64,000 nt of DNA from Treponema sp. (GCA_017940255.1 JAGAZB010000009.1:113167-177166); one strand, 5' to 3'; positions 28,013 through 37,285 are shown, numbered from the stretch's first letter. Made by a program: numbers and translations. The notes: generated by a model from the letters alone, not told the origin.

Positions 28013-28372
28013 ATGAAAAAAATCTTTGCAGTTTTTCTGTCGCTGTTCATTCTCACAGTCTGCATGTCGGCTAAGGAATACCACACAAGCGTGACCGTTG
28101 ACGGTGAAGATATAGACGATCTTGTTTTCATCAACAACACAGACGGCAATGTGACAATCCGTTATGAGGGCATTAACAAGAGCGGAATCTTTGACCTTGC
28201 CAAAGGTGCAACAAAAGAGATAGACGCTAACTGCCAGGTCTCAGGAACCTATCAGGTACGGTTTGAAGTAAAGGATTCAAACGGAAACTTGAAAGATGTT
28301 ACCTGGACCATGGAATACAAGAAAAAAGACATAAACATTACGCTGACCGAAGACAGCGGATGGTCATTCTAA
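28013..28372 (+). CDS. Secreted moron protein (119 aa)
   Basis: GGAGG RBS; signal peptide MKKIFAVFLSLFILTVCMSA; own terminator. Confidence 0.75.
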   Translation: MKKIFAVFLSLFILTVCMSAKEYHTSVTVDGEDIDDLVFINNTDGNVTIRYEGINKSGIFDLAKGATKEIDANCQVSGTYQVRFEVKDSNGNLKDVTWTMEYKKKDINITLTEDSGWSF

Positions 28373-28391
28373 AAACTGACTAAAAAACACA

Positions 28392-28424
28392 CGCCCCGGA
28401 AGTGAATCCTTCCGGGGCTTTTTT
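28392..28424. terminator. Terminator between the convergent moron and repressor genes
   Basis: GCCCCGGAAG/CTTCCGGGGC stem followed by a T-run. Confidence 0.8.
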
Positions 28425-28432
28425 ATGCGCTG

Positions 28433-29110
28433 CTATTTTGCCAGATGTACCCAGCTGAACACTTTGCCGAAGAGCTTGAAGCGTTCGGCGAAGCCTGCGT
28501 CGGTGCTGTCGAGGGTGCGCAGGAGTTCGGCTTTTTCGAGGTCGGCAACGCGCACGCTGTAGATTTTGATGCGGTTGGCGAGGCGGTCGAACTCAAGGCG
28601 CTTGCAGTAGGCGTCGCCGTCAAGGCTGAAAACGTAGATTCCGTCGGTGAGGTTCTGGTCTGGGCTTGCGTCAAAGATTACGATGTCGCCGTCTTTTATG
28701 CCTGCTCCCAGCATTGAAGTTCCTGCCACGCGGAAGCCGTACACCTTGCCCGAGAGAGCCGGAGATAGCGAGGCAAGGCTGATATATTCGGTGATGTTCT
28801 GCTCACTGTTCCATTCTACGCCAGGGCCGCACGAAGCCTTCTGGCTCAGAACCGGCACCATTACATCCTTTACGCAGGGAGTTTTTTCTGATTCAGTTTT
28901 GGTGAACATTTCCCCTTCGCCTGTCAGAAGCCAGTGGGCGTTGATTCCACATTTTTCGACTATTGATTTCATCATCGCTTTTGAGATTTCGCGAGTTCCA
29001 TTTTCAATATTTGCTATAGAACTTGATGACACTTCCATAAATGCTGCAAACTCCTGCTGTGTCATACCCTTTGATTTTCTGATAGCTCTAATTTGTTCAT
29101 CTGCATTCAT
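28433..29110 (-). CDS. CI-like repressor (XRE HTH plus S24 peptidase)
   Basis: MTQQEFA...IANIENG HTH; ASCGPG cleavage site; GTSM (Ser) and CKRL (Lys) dyad. Confidence 0.92.
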   Translation of the reverse strand: MNADEQIRAIRKSKGMTQQEFAAFMEVSSSSIANIENGTREISKAMMKSIVEKCGINAHWLLTGEGEMFTKTESEKTPCVKDVMVPVLSQKASCGPGVEWNSEQNITEYISLASLSPALSGKVYGFRVAGTSMLGAGIKDGDIVIFDASPDQNLTDGIYVFSLDGDAYCKRLEFDRLANRIKIYSVRVADLEKAELLRTLDSTDAGFAERFKLFGKVFSWVHLAK

Positions 29111-29123
29111 ATTTTCTATCCTC

Positions 29124-29204
29124 TTGACAAAATTTCAAAATGTGAGAATTTTTATCGCTTTTTCTCACAAATTGAATTGACAAACTTTCAAAATGTGATA
29201 TTAT
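29124..29204 (+). promoter_or_regulatory. Early promoter/operator region with repeated boxes
   Basis: TTGACAAAATTTCAAAATGTGAGA (29124) and TTGACAAACTTTCAAAATGTGATA (29177) match 22/24; related inverted copy at 29162-29176. Confidence 0.7.
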
Positions 29205-29331
29205 TATCTTGTAAATGGTTGTCAAGTAAACCAAAAAATACACAGTTTGAAAAGTTTGGTTTACTTGTAAACACATATCTTTTATCGGCATAAACAAAAT
29301 GCCGGTTAAGAGAAAACTAGGAGGCTAAAAG

Positions 29332-29580
29332 ATGGGAAGAATCAGCATTAACGAGAAAGACCTCGACTGGGGAGTTGGTGTTCTTAATGACGGTGGTGGT
29401 ATTTCTTTTGTAACTGATTACACGGTTCATCCAAGTGTGGCTCACTGGGATGCAGGAAAAGAAGCTTGTCTTATGACAAAAGACGATGCTCGTTACATTG
29501 CGCTTGGTCTTTGTTCACACGGCTCAATTGCTGTAGTAATGGAGATTCCAAAGTTCTTGCAGCTTAAGAACGAAGGTTAA
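29332..29580 (+). CDS. Hypothetical early protein
   Basis: AGGAGG RBS; 82 aa. Confidence 0.7.
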   Translation: MGRISINEKDLDWGVGVLNDGGGISFVTDYTVHPSVAHWDAGKEACLMTKDDARYIALGLCSHGSIAVVMEIPKFLQLKNEG

Positions 29581-29700
29581 ATAAAAACACCCGCAGCCGG
29601 AGGCTAAACCAACTAGCGGGTGGAATTCTTCCAAATATGGAAGCGGTGTTCAAGTTAAATGTACACGCGGCGGACAATTCCGTCAAGGGGGAAAACAAAG

Positions 29701-30057
29701 ATGAACATTATGAACGAAATCCGTGGCTGCCGTCCTTTCCCTGTAGATAAGGACAGGCAGGAAAGATGTCGCAGAGTTCTTGATGGTTATGGAATGACAA
29801 TCACTGAACTTGCAATGCACCTGGGTGTTTCAAAGCAATACGTTGGTGAAGTCATTTCTGGAAAGAGATTGTCTGAATCTGCAGAAACACGCATTGCTCA
29901 GTTCTTAGGGTTTTCACGCACTCAGCTGTTTCCACTGCGCACTGCAGAAGAAATAGCAAGAATGCGACAGGCAGAAGCTGCAGAAAAGGCAATGCTCGAA
30001 AAGAAAAAAGAAGAGCGCATGGAAATGCGCCGCCGTGCACTTGAGGGAGCTGCCTGA
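29701..30057 (+). CDS. Ner/Cro-like HTH regulator
   Basis: MTITELAMHLGVSKQYVGEVISG HTH; immediately upstream of the transposase. Confidence 0.8.
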   Translation: MNIMNEIRGCRPFPVDKDRQERCRRVLDGYGMTITELAMHLGVSKQYVGEVISGKRLSESAETRIAQFLGFSRTQLFPLRTAEEIARMRQAEAAEKAMLEKKKEERMEMRRRALEGAA

Positions 30058-31988
30058 TGGAAACCGTTAAGACTAAGGAGCTTGCCGAGGTTCTTGGGCT
30101 TTCGCGCAAGGGTGTTATCGAAAAAGCCCGTAAAGACGGCTGGGCTTTTGTGTACAGGGGAAACTCCATGCTTTTTGTGGAGAACAGGCTTCCTGCAGAC
30201 GTGCGCTTTGCCGTGGCACTCTACCGCTCTGGTAAGCCGGTTCCTGTACAGAACGAAGAAAAAAAGGATGCAAGGCTTTATTCGGGCGACGCCTTCCTTA
30301 ACGCCGGAGAAAAGGCTCAGGGAGAAGCTACTTGGAGAGCGGCTTTAATCCGCGAGTACAACAACAGCGGAATGAACGTTGCGGCCTTTATGGAAGTGTA
30401 CAACGGCTGTAATGCTTTTCCGGTTCTTAGAGAAAAACTTGGAGAAGTTAGCCAGGCAACTTTCTACCGCTGGATAAAAGCTTTTAAGGAAAACGGAGCA
30501 AGCGGAATTGTTCCAAAATATGGCATGAGCCGTGGCGGTGCCGGCGAGAGTCTTCTGGATGAAGAGCGTGAGCTTTTGCGACGCTTCTGGCTTAAAGATA
30601 CTCAGCCTAGTGCAATGCACGCTTTCCGCCTTATGAAGGCTAACATTCCATATTCAAAGTGCAGCTATCAAACAGCTTTGCGTTATCTGAACAGTCTGCC
30701 AAAGGCTACTGCAGGATATTTCCGGGGCGGCGAAGGTCGCTTTGAAAATGCCTTTCTGCCACACATGGAGCAGGACATCACACGCTACAGAAGCCTTGAT
30801 GTTGTGGTTTCGGACCACCACTGTCTTGACTGTGTTGTGCTTTACCGTGGTGAGCTTATCCGCCCCTGGATTACTACTTTCCAGGATCTGCGAAGCGGTA
30901 AGGTTTTGGGCTGGTGTCCTTGTGTTAAGCCTTCGAGTCTTTCTATCGTTGTGGCTTATTACATGTGCTGCATGCGCTACGGTATTCCGCTTTGTCTTCT
31001 TTTCGACAACGGTAAGGACTACCACGCTAAGTGGCTCAACGGAAAAACTGAGACTGTAACGGTTATGAATCCGGAAGGCATAGACGAGGAAAAGGAAGTT
31101 GAGTTCAAGGGCTTGTTTGCTCTTGTGGGCTCGGACGTGCGCTTTACAAGAACTTACAACGGTAAGTCTAAAGCTCGCCAGGAGAGATACTTCCGAATCA
31201 TCGGCGAATATCTTGCAAAGGAAATGGGAAGCTACGTTGGATCTGATTCACGAAGCAGACCAGAAGAAGCTCAGCTGATGTGGAGAGGAATCAACGGCAA
31301 GGAACAGAGACACGACATTCCAACCTGGGAAGACTTTGTTCAGAATGCCGAAGCGATGATTGAGTACATAAATGATCAGATTCCTTGCAGTTCTGATTAC
31401 ATGGACGGAAAGACTCGTTCCCGCGTGTTTGCAGAATGCTTACCGCCGGAAGAAGAAATCCGCCACGCTTCTAAGGAAATGCTGCAGAAGGCTCTGGTTA
31501 AGGGCGAAGTGCGACAGGTGAACAGACAGGGCGTAACAATCGGTAAGACTAATTTTTACAACACCGAATTGTTTGAGTTCTTTGGCCGCAAGGTTCGTGT
31601 TTACATCAATCTTCTTGATGACCGTGAAGTTACCTGCTTTACGCTGGATGGAGATTTTATCTGTACTGCAAAGGCAGACTACTTCAAGGAAACAGGCAAG
31701 CTTGACGAAGACATTGGACGTCTTACTGGAGCAAGAAACAAGCTCACTCAGATTGCTGTTCTTGGTTCGGGCGAAATGACCATTGCCCCGGAATGCGAGA
31801 CTATGCTGGATGTTGCTCGCCGCGCCTACACAGGAAATCAGCTTGAAGGTGTGGAGAACTTCCTTGGCAACAGTTCTGATGTGGAGAGCGCAAAAGACTA
31901 CAAGCTCGCCACTAAAAAATCAACGCTTAAAACCCCTTTTATGAAGGGAATAAATATTGGTGTTCAGGAGGCTAAAAATGAACAGTGA
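30057..31988 (+). CDS. MuA-like DDE transposase
   Basis: N-terminal Mu DNA-binding-like domain; VSDHHCLD, FDNGKDY, SKARQERYF catalytic motifs; Mu-transposase C-terminal region. Confidence 0.93.
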   Translation: METVKTKELAEVLGLSRKGVIEKARKDGWAFVYRGNSMLFVENRLPADVRFAVALYRSGKPVPVQNEEKKDARLYSGDAFLNAGEKAQGEATWRAALIREYNNSGMNVAAFMEVYNGCNAFPVLREKLGEVSQATFYRWIKAFKENGASGIVPKYGMSRGGAGESLLDEERELLRRFWLKDTQPSAMHAFRLMKANIPYSKCSYQTALRYLNSLPKATAGYFRGGEGRFENAFLPHMEQDITRYRSLDVVVSDHHCLDCVVLYRGELIRPWITTFQDLRSGKVLGWCPCVKPSSLSIVVAYYMCCMRYGIPLCLLFDNGKDYHAKWLNGKTETVTVMNPEGIDEEKEVEFKGLFALVGSDVRFTRTYNGKSKARQERYFRIIGEYLAKEMGSYVGSDSRSRPEEAQLMWRGINGKEQRHDIPTWEDFVQNAEAMIEYINDQIPCSSDYMDGKTRSRVFAECLPPEEEIRHASKEMLQKALVKGEVRQVNRQGVTIGKTNFYNTELFEFFGRKVRVYINLLDDREVTCFTLDGDFICTAKADYFKETGKLDEDIGRLTGARNKLTQIAVLGSGEMTIAPECETMLDVARRAYTGNQLEGVENFLGNSSDVESAKDYKLATKKSTLKTPFMKGINIGVQEAKNEQ

Positions 31989-32883
31989 AATCGTCAAGAG
32001 ACTTAATGAAACTCTTGAAAAGTTCGGAATCAGCAAGGCTAAGGCCAGCCGCGACATGGGTTACTCAAGCGCAATTTTGAGTGCTTACACTACAGGTAAC
32101 TATTCGGGAGACCTTACCAAGCTTGAAGACAACATTGTGCGCTGGATTGCCCGACAGGAGCAGGCGCATTCTCGCAAGCGTATTCCAATCGTTGAAACAA
32201 CGGCTCTTAAGCAGGTTTTCAACGCTATTGAGCTTGCACACACGGAGCACGACATCGCTCTTATCGTAGCAGATGCCGGAAGCTCAAAAACCACTTCGGC
32301 TAAATACTACGCCGACCAGAACGAAAACACGGTTATTTACATTGCGGTAGTTGCCGGAATGAACCGCTCTATGCTCACAAAAGAGATTGCGCGTCAGCTG
32401 GGAATTGAAACAAACCGCGTGCCTTTCAATTCCCTTGTTCAGCAGACTGCAGAAGCTTTGGCAGAACGTGACTCTCTGGTAATTCTTGACGAGGCTGACT
32501 ACCTCAAAGCTGATGCCTTGGAGTTTGTCCGCCGTCTGGTTTACGACCTGGGAGAAAGCGGTCTTGTGCTTATAGGTTTACCGCGCCTTAAGGGTATGAT
32601 CCAGAATCTGCGCAATGACCACCGCCAGCTCGAAAGCCGTATCGGAATCTTTTTACAGCTTGAAGGTCTTACAAAGCCAGACGCTTCTTTGATTGCAAAG
32701 AGCGTTTGGGAAGACTGCCCTGCAGATGTAATCAGCACTGTTTACGGAACTGCAAAGAGCGACGTGCGACAGTTCACAAAGATTCTGGAACGCCTGCAGA
32801 ACACAATGACACAGAACAATCTTGAACTTCCTACTGTTGAAGCTGCTGAACTTGCAAGCACACTTGTTTTGAGGAGACGATAA
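31978..32883 (+). CDS. MuB-like AAA ATPase
   Basis: N-terminal HTH; Walker A variant ADAGSSKT; Walker B LVILDEAD; LVLIGLP; QLESRIG. Confidence 0.9.
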   Translation: MNSEIVKRLNETLEKFGISKAKASRDMGYSSAILSAYTTGNYSGDLTKLEDNIVRWIARQEQAHSRKRIPIVETTALKQVFNAIELAHTEHDIALIVADAGSSKTTSAKYYADQNENTVIYIAVVAGMNRSMLTKEIARQLGIETNRVPFNSLVQQTAEALAERDSLVILDEADYLKADALEFVRRLVYDLGESGLVLIGLPRLKGMIQNLRNDHRQLESRIGIFLQLEGLTKPDASLIAKSVWEDCPADVISTVYGTAKSDVRQFTKILERLQNTMTQNNLELPTVEAAELASTLVLRRR

Positions 32884-33620
32884 TGACAAAGCTGATAAAC
32901 CCACTTTCCGGTGAATCTAGCATTGTACCGGAGCTTGCACCTAAACGCGGCCGCCCTGCAAAGAATGCCCCCGTGTATGACGATGATAACAATCTGATTA
33001 TTACATCTGAAGAGCGCGAGACTATCAACGAGATTGTTGAAGACATTCGCCACACTGAAAAGAAAGTTGAAGCTCTTATGGTGTCTGCCGCTCAGAACTA
33101 CTTCAACCTTGGAGAGATTCTTGAGCGAGCTTCTAAGAAAGCAACCTGTTCTATGACAGCTGCAAAGTACGAAGCCAAAACAGGAATTCCTGCCCGAATG
33201 GTAAGCACGGCGTTTAAGATTTACAAGGAGTTTGCAGACAACCCAGAAGGCTTGAACGGCCTTACCATGAGGGAAATTGCCATGCGCATCGGTGAAAAAA
33301 AGGAATCGGACGAAGGGGAAACAAGCCCGGTTCAGTACAACTTACCGGAAGGTCAGCTGGAGTACAGCAACGAGTTTGACTTTGGTCTTCCTACTTTGAG
33401 CGGTATTGAGCTTACGAACTACCGGCTTCATGCTGACACTAAAAGTGGAAACTTCTTCCTGCTTTCTAAAAAAGACAAACTGCCTATTCCTGTAGGCGGG
33501 CTTACTGTGGATCAGCCGCACAATGAAACGATGAAGGCTGCTTACAATGAGCTTCTGGATCAGACTCAGTGCGCGCTGGAACGCTACTACGCTCTTATTG
33601 AGCAGGGAGGCAATGAATGA
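32883..33620 (+). CDS. Hypothetical early protein
   Basis: 245-aa ORF translationally coupled to MuB. Confidence 0.75.
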   Translation: MTKLINPLSGESSIVPELAPKRGRPAKNAPVYDDDNNLIITSEERETINEIVEDIRHTEKKVEALMVSAAQNYFNLGEILERASKKATCSMTAAKYEAKTGIPARMVSTAFKIYKEFADNPEGLNGLTMREIAMRIGEKKESDEGETSPVQYNLPEGQLEYSNEFDFGLPTLSGIELTNYRLHADTKSGNFFLLSKKDKLPIPVGGLTVDQPHNETMKAAYNELLDQTQCALERYYALIEQGGNE

Positions 33621-33907
33621 AAAAGATTCAGGGGTTGTTGACTGTTGAAGACACACAGAAAGAGCTTGTTGTGTGCTGCCTGAATGATCTGGTTATGGAT
33701 GCATTCAAGGACAAGGAGTTTGAAGTTCTTGTAAACATTCAGCCGGATGGGAAACCCATGGCAGAGGACGGTGGCAAAATTCTTACGGTTGGATTTTTCA
33801 TCAGAAATGTTTTTTGCCGTTACATAGACGTAAAGGATGATTCTCCTGCAAAGATGTTCATGCGATGCAGTGAGATTCTATATCAGATGCTGACGCAGGG
33901 AGATTAA
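33617..33907 (+). CDS. Hypothetical protein
   Basis: GGAGG RBS; ATGA overlap with the upstream gene. Confidence 0.7.
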   Translation: MKKIQGLLTVEDTQKELVVCCLNDLVMDAFKDKEFEVLVNIQPDGKPMAEDGGKILTVGFFIRNVFCRYIDVKDDSPAKMFMRCSEILYQMLTQGD

Positions 33908-33910
33908 AAA

Positions 33911-34096
33911 ATGACCTTGACTGAAGAACAGTTTGGCGTGGTAAGCGACAAGATTGATGAAATCATAAAGCTTGCATTCAGCGGCATTCTTGGTAATGCC
34001 CGAGCAAGCCTGGTTGATATTAAAAGTGCTGCAAAGGAAGCAAAAGACGCTTTGTTTGAAGCAACTATCGGAAATGACGGCCCGGGTGCCGCATAA
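33911..34096 (+). CDS. Hypothetical protein
   Basis: GGAG RBS; 61 aa within the operon. Confidence 0.6.
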   Translation: MTLTEEQFGVVSDKIDEIIKLAFSGILGNARASLVDIKSAAKEAKDALFEATIGNDGPGAA

Positions 34097-34116
34097 ATAA
34101 AAGGGAGGTACTGAAA

Positions 34117-34707
34117 ATGGGTACACGTTACAAGCCTGATACAGGCAAACTTAATTCTTTGGACGATGTAGATCTCGCTCTCAAAGAAATCGGACTGGCA
34201 GAAAAAGAACTTGAGGCTATTGATGCAAAACTTAATGCAGAAATTGCAAAGCTGAAAGAAAAGGCTGTAAAAGACGGCGAAGAAAAAAGAAAGTTGATAA
34301 CCGAAAAGGTTGCAAAGATTCAGGCTTATGCAGAATACAACAAGGGAGATCTCTTTAAGGAAAACAAGTCTGTAGAACTGAACTTTGGAAAATTTGGTTA
34401 CAGAAAGAGTTCGAAAATCAGCGTAAAGAAAACGACTTTAGAACTGCTTAAAAAACTTCTTGAGAGCCACGTGCGCGAACTTGAAGCAGAAAAATCTGAA
34501 GAAAGAAAGAATTTGCTCACAGTTCTTATTACAAAAATCCAAGGCTGTATCCGAATAAAAGAAGAACCAAATAAGGAAGCATTAGCCCTTATGGATGATG
34601 GATTCCTTAAGTCTGTAGGAGCAACCAGAAAAATCACAGATGATTTCTTCTGTGAAGCTGCTACTGAAGATGTCAACAAAGACTTGCTGGAGAAAACTGC
34701 AAGTTAG
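34117..34707 (+). CDS. gam: Host-nuclease inhibitor Gam family protein
   Basis: SLDDVDLALKEIG...KSVELNFGKFGYRKS...IRIKEEPNKEAL, a Mu Gam-like pattern. Confidence 0.85.
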   Translation: MGTRYKPDTGKLNSLDDVDLALKEIGLAEKELEAIDAKLNAEIAKLKEKAVKDGEEKRKLITEKVAKIQAYAEYNKGDLFKENKSVELNFGKFGYRKSSKISVKKTTLELLKKLLESHVRELEAEKSEERKNLLTVLITKIQGCIRIKEEPNKEALALMDDGFLKSVGATRKITDDFFCEAATEDVNKDLLEKTAS

Positions 34708-34765
34708 GAAATGCGGGGAGTCAGTTCTGGATGTCCTGATTCTCCGCTCCATACCAGGAGGCTGT

Positions 34766-34996
34766 ATGGAAATTGATTCTATGAGCGCAGCAATCCGCTG
34801 TGTGATTGACGGTATGCCGGACGGCACCTGCTTCTTTGGCAACGAGCTGAAGAAGAAAGTTGTTAAGGTATACCCGGAAGCCCGCCACGCTTATGTGGCG
34901 AGTGTGCTCCACTGCATGAGAAGATGCAGGGGCGATGTCGTAGAATGCATAGACAGAAACGACTCGCTGTACAGAATCAGAAGGAATGCTGCATGA
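34766..34996 (+). CDS. Hypothetical protein
   Basis: AGGAGG RBS before ATG 34766. Confidence 0.65.
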   Translation: MEIDSMSAAIRCVIDGMPDGTCFFGNELKKKVVKVYPEARHAYVASVLHCMRRCRGDVVECIDRNDSLYRIRRNAA

Positions 34997-35445
34997 TGAA
35001 CACAGCGCAGAAACAATGGATCCGAATGATTCATGTGGCAAAAACTAAACTGAATCTTGACGATGAACGCTACCGTGCCCTGCTCACAGGGGCGTGCGGC
35101 GTTGAATCGTCGAAGGAAATCAAAACCTGGAAACAGTACGATGCCGTTATGGCGGCTTTTGCTGCTCTGGGTTTCGATTACAAAACTAAAAAGAAAAAAG
35201 CCGGAATAGCCCCACAGGAAGGCCGGAATCCTAAATGGATTTCTGTAAAACAGGAAAGGTACATCAGGGGCTTATGGCAGCTTGTTGCAGACAACAAGAG
35301 CGACAGGGCGCTTGAAGCTTTTCTTGAGCGGATTACGGGAACAACCCGCATTGAGTGGCTCAGAAAGTATCAGGCAACCGATGTAATTGTTGCGCTGCGC
35401 AAGATGGCTTGCGAGAAGGGAATTAACCCAGACCGCAAGGATTAA
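34993..35445 (+). CDS. gemA: GemA (Mu gp16-like) protein
   Basis: IHVAKTKLNLDDERYRALL...SSK; IRGLW; ALEAFLERITG; VIVALRKM. Confidence 0.88.
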   Translation: MMNTAQKQWIRMIHVAKTKLNLDDERYRALLTGACGVESSKEIKTWKQYDAVMAAFAALGFDYKTKKKKAGIAPQEGRNPKWISVKQERYIRGLWQLVADNKSDRALEAFLERITGTTRIEWLRKYQATDVIVALRKMACEKGINPDRKD

Positions 35446-35465
35446 AAAAGGAGAGGAGCTGAGCC

Positions 35466-35855
35466 ATGCTGTTCACTGTACATGAGACCGCATTCATTCT
35501 TGATGTTAAGCCTGCCCATGTTTACTATCTGTTCAGTATGTCTAAGGTGGACGGTGCTATTAAAGTTCTGGACTGCTGGAGAATTGACGAAGCTTCTTTG
35601 AGGGAGATGTATGAACGAATCCATGCTGAAAGAGCTGAACTCTTTACCGACGGTCTTGAGTTTGAAAGATTTGAAAACCGCCTTGAGACTGTCAGACAGA
35701 AGTATGTATCGGATTGTTCAAGACCCCAGTCTTCACGCGTTCAAAGACGGCCGCGACTGGAATGTCCTCAAATCCGACCTGATAGAATGGCTGAAAAAAA
35801 ACGAATGAAACAACCGGCTCTGTGTGAAGACTGGGCGAACGGTAACTACTGGTAA
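35466..35855 (+). CDS. Excisionase-like HTH protein with a C-terminal extension
   Basis: MLFTVHETAFILDV...AIKVLDCWRI HTH_17-like N-terminus. Confidence 0.65.
   Translation: MLFTVHETAFILDVKPAHVYYLFSMSKVDGAIKVLDCWRIDEASLREMYERIHAERAELFTDGLEFERFENRLETVRQKYVSDCSRPQSSRVQRRPRLECPQIRPDRMAEKKRMKQPALCEDWANGNYW
35611..35808 (+). CDS. Excisionase-like HTH_17 protein nested inside the previous ORF
   Basis: LPTVLSLKDL...AFKDGRDWNVLKSDLIEWL; GGGAG RBS. Confidence 0.75.
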   Translation: MNESMLKELNSLPTVLSLKDLKTALRLSDRSMYRIVQDPSLHAFKDGRDWNVLKSDLIEWLKKNE

Positions 35856-35874
35856 ATGCTTTTTTTGAACTGAT

Positions 35875-35908
35875 AACAGAACTGTGACATCCACGGTTCT
35901 GTTTTTTT
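35875..35908 (+). terminator. Terminator ending the early operon
   Basis: AACAGAACTGTG/CACGGTTCTGTT stem followed by a T-run. Confidence 0.75.
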
Positions 35909-35909
35909 A

Positions 35910-35949
35910 TGCCCTGATTTCATCATTTAAATAAAAATAAATCTAACAT
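35910..35949 (+). promoter_or_regulatory. Phage promoter motif copy upstream of the lysis gene (leaderless)
   Basis: TGCC-CTGAT-TTCATC-19 nt-TAACAT, then 6 nt to ATG 35956. Confidence 0.65.
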
Positions 35950-35955
35950 TAAGCT

Positions 35956-36510
35956 ATGCTTAATATCCAGATTATCAGATATAAAAAATCCTATGACTTC
36001 CGCGCCAACGGTGCCGCGCCTGATTCTTTTGAAAACAACTGGAAGAACAACTCGCTCGACTGGCTTGTTTTGAAAGATGAAAAGGGAGAGCTTTTCCGCT
36101 GTCACTGTCAGACTGTGGCTAACTACTGCTTTGGTGTAAATGCTACAGCTGATACTGTTGCTTACGGTGACACTATTGCTCCTGGAACTTTTAAGATTCG
36201 CCTTTTTGCTGCGCCCCGCAATTTCCACGGAGAGATTCACGAAATCATTGAAACTACAGACCTTGACGGTCAGAGAATAGACCACAACGCCATGCAGACT
36301 ACTGAGGGCGGCTTCCAGAACGGCCGCTGGCTCATTCACGACAGATGGAGTGCAAAGCTCGGTAAAGATTCAAATTATGCCTGGTCTGCCGGCTGCTTTA
36401 TTCTTTCTTCCGGCGACCTTGCCGCTTTAAACAATCTGTTACATGCCTACGAGCTTCCGGCCGGTTACATAATCGCCGGAAAACTTATAGAGACCGACAA
36501 GGAGGTGTAA
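35956..36510 (+). CDS. Putative endolysin, YkuD/DUF5675-like fold
   Basis: IAPGTF...WLIH...WSAGCFIL His/Cys motif; first gene of the lysis cassette. Confidence 0.6.
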   Translation: MLNIQIIRYKKSYDFRANGAAPDSFENNWKNNSLDWLVLKDEKGELFRCHCQTVANYCFGVNATADTVAYGDTIAPGTFKIRLFAAPRNFHGEIHEIIETTDLDGQRIDHNAMQTTEGGFQNGRWLIHDRWSAKLGKDSNYAWSAGCFILSSGDLAALNNLLHAYELPAGYIIAGKLIETDKEV

Positions 36511-36512
36511 GG

Positions 36513-36749
36513 ATGAAAGGTAAAATCCTATGTCAGCTTTCAAAGATAATTGCAGCGGTTATTGTCTTTGCCGCTCTGGTGGTAAACGCAGTTGCCAAAA
36601 CTGAACTTGTTCCAGTAGATGATGCTGTAAAAGTTGGAGCTTTTATTTTTGGTGTCTTCCTGCCGATTGATGTTTCAATCTGGATTGACATCATAAAAAG
36701 CTGGTTCCGAAAGACTATCCCGGCTGACGGTAAAGACGATGGCAATTAG
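36513..36749 (+). CDS. Putative holin
   Basis: 78 aa with two hydrophobic segments, after the lysin gene. Confidence 0.65.
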   Translation: MKGKILCQLSKIIAAVIVFAALVVNAVAKTELVPVDDAVKVGAFIFGVFLPIDVSIWIDIIKSWFRKTIPADGKDDGN

Positions 36750-37074
36750 GGAAGTTATAAAAAAGGCGGCAACGTTTGCCGCCGGATGTGCCGGAGCTGC
36801 TGCTCTTTTGTTGTCGGTTTTTCTGTTCGGTAAAAGAACAGGAAAAAAAGAATCTGCTGTAAACGTGAAAGCTGATGAAGCTGAACGAAAAAAGGAGTCT
36901 GAAATTGAAAAAACACCTGCTCATGTTCTTGCTGGTAACTCTCCTAATGCTGCCGCTCTTGGCAGAAGAAAAGACGAGCTCAAGTCAGACTTTAACTCCA
37001 GAGCAGACTCTATCACAGAAAACTTTTTACACACGAGAGGACGTACTTCTTCTTGTGGATCAGCTGAAAGCTGA
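36739..37074 (+). CDS. Membrane-anchored protein (inner-spanin-like)
   Basis: N-terminal hydrophobic helix, then a charged coil; overlapped by the next ORF. Confidence 0.5.
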   Translation: MAIREVIKKAATFAAGCAGAAALLLSVFLFGKRTGKKESAVNVKADEAERKKESEIEKTPAHVLAGNSPNAAALGRRKDELKSDFNSRADSITENFLHTRGRTSSCGSAES

Positions 37075-37285
37075 AGCTGATGCGGCAATTGAAAATGCTT
37101 ACGATGAAGGCTACAAAGCCGGAGTTCAGGAATATGCTCCAAAGCTTGCCAGTCTTGAAGTTCAGATTGAATGGCTGAAGAGTGAAAACAAAAAACAAAA
37201 TCTTGAAAAGTGGACGATTCCCCTTTGGACGTGCGGCGGTGCAGTTGCCGGATTCCTGGGCGGATGGATTATCAGGGGGAACTGA
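36875..37285 (+). CDS. Overlapping exported/membrane protein (spanin-like partner; start uncertain)
   Basis: Signal-like segment and C-terminal TM helix; Rz/Rz1-style overlap. Confidence 0.5.
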   Translation: MKLNEKRSLKLKKHLLMFLLVTLLMLPLLAEEKTSSSQTLTPEQTLSQKTFYTREDVLLLVDQLKAEADAAIENAYDEGYKAGVQEYAPKLASLEVQIEWLKSENKKQNLEKWTIPLWTCGGAVAGFLGGWIIRGN

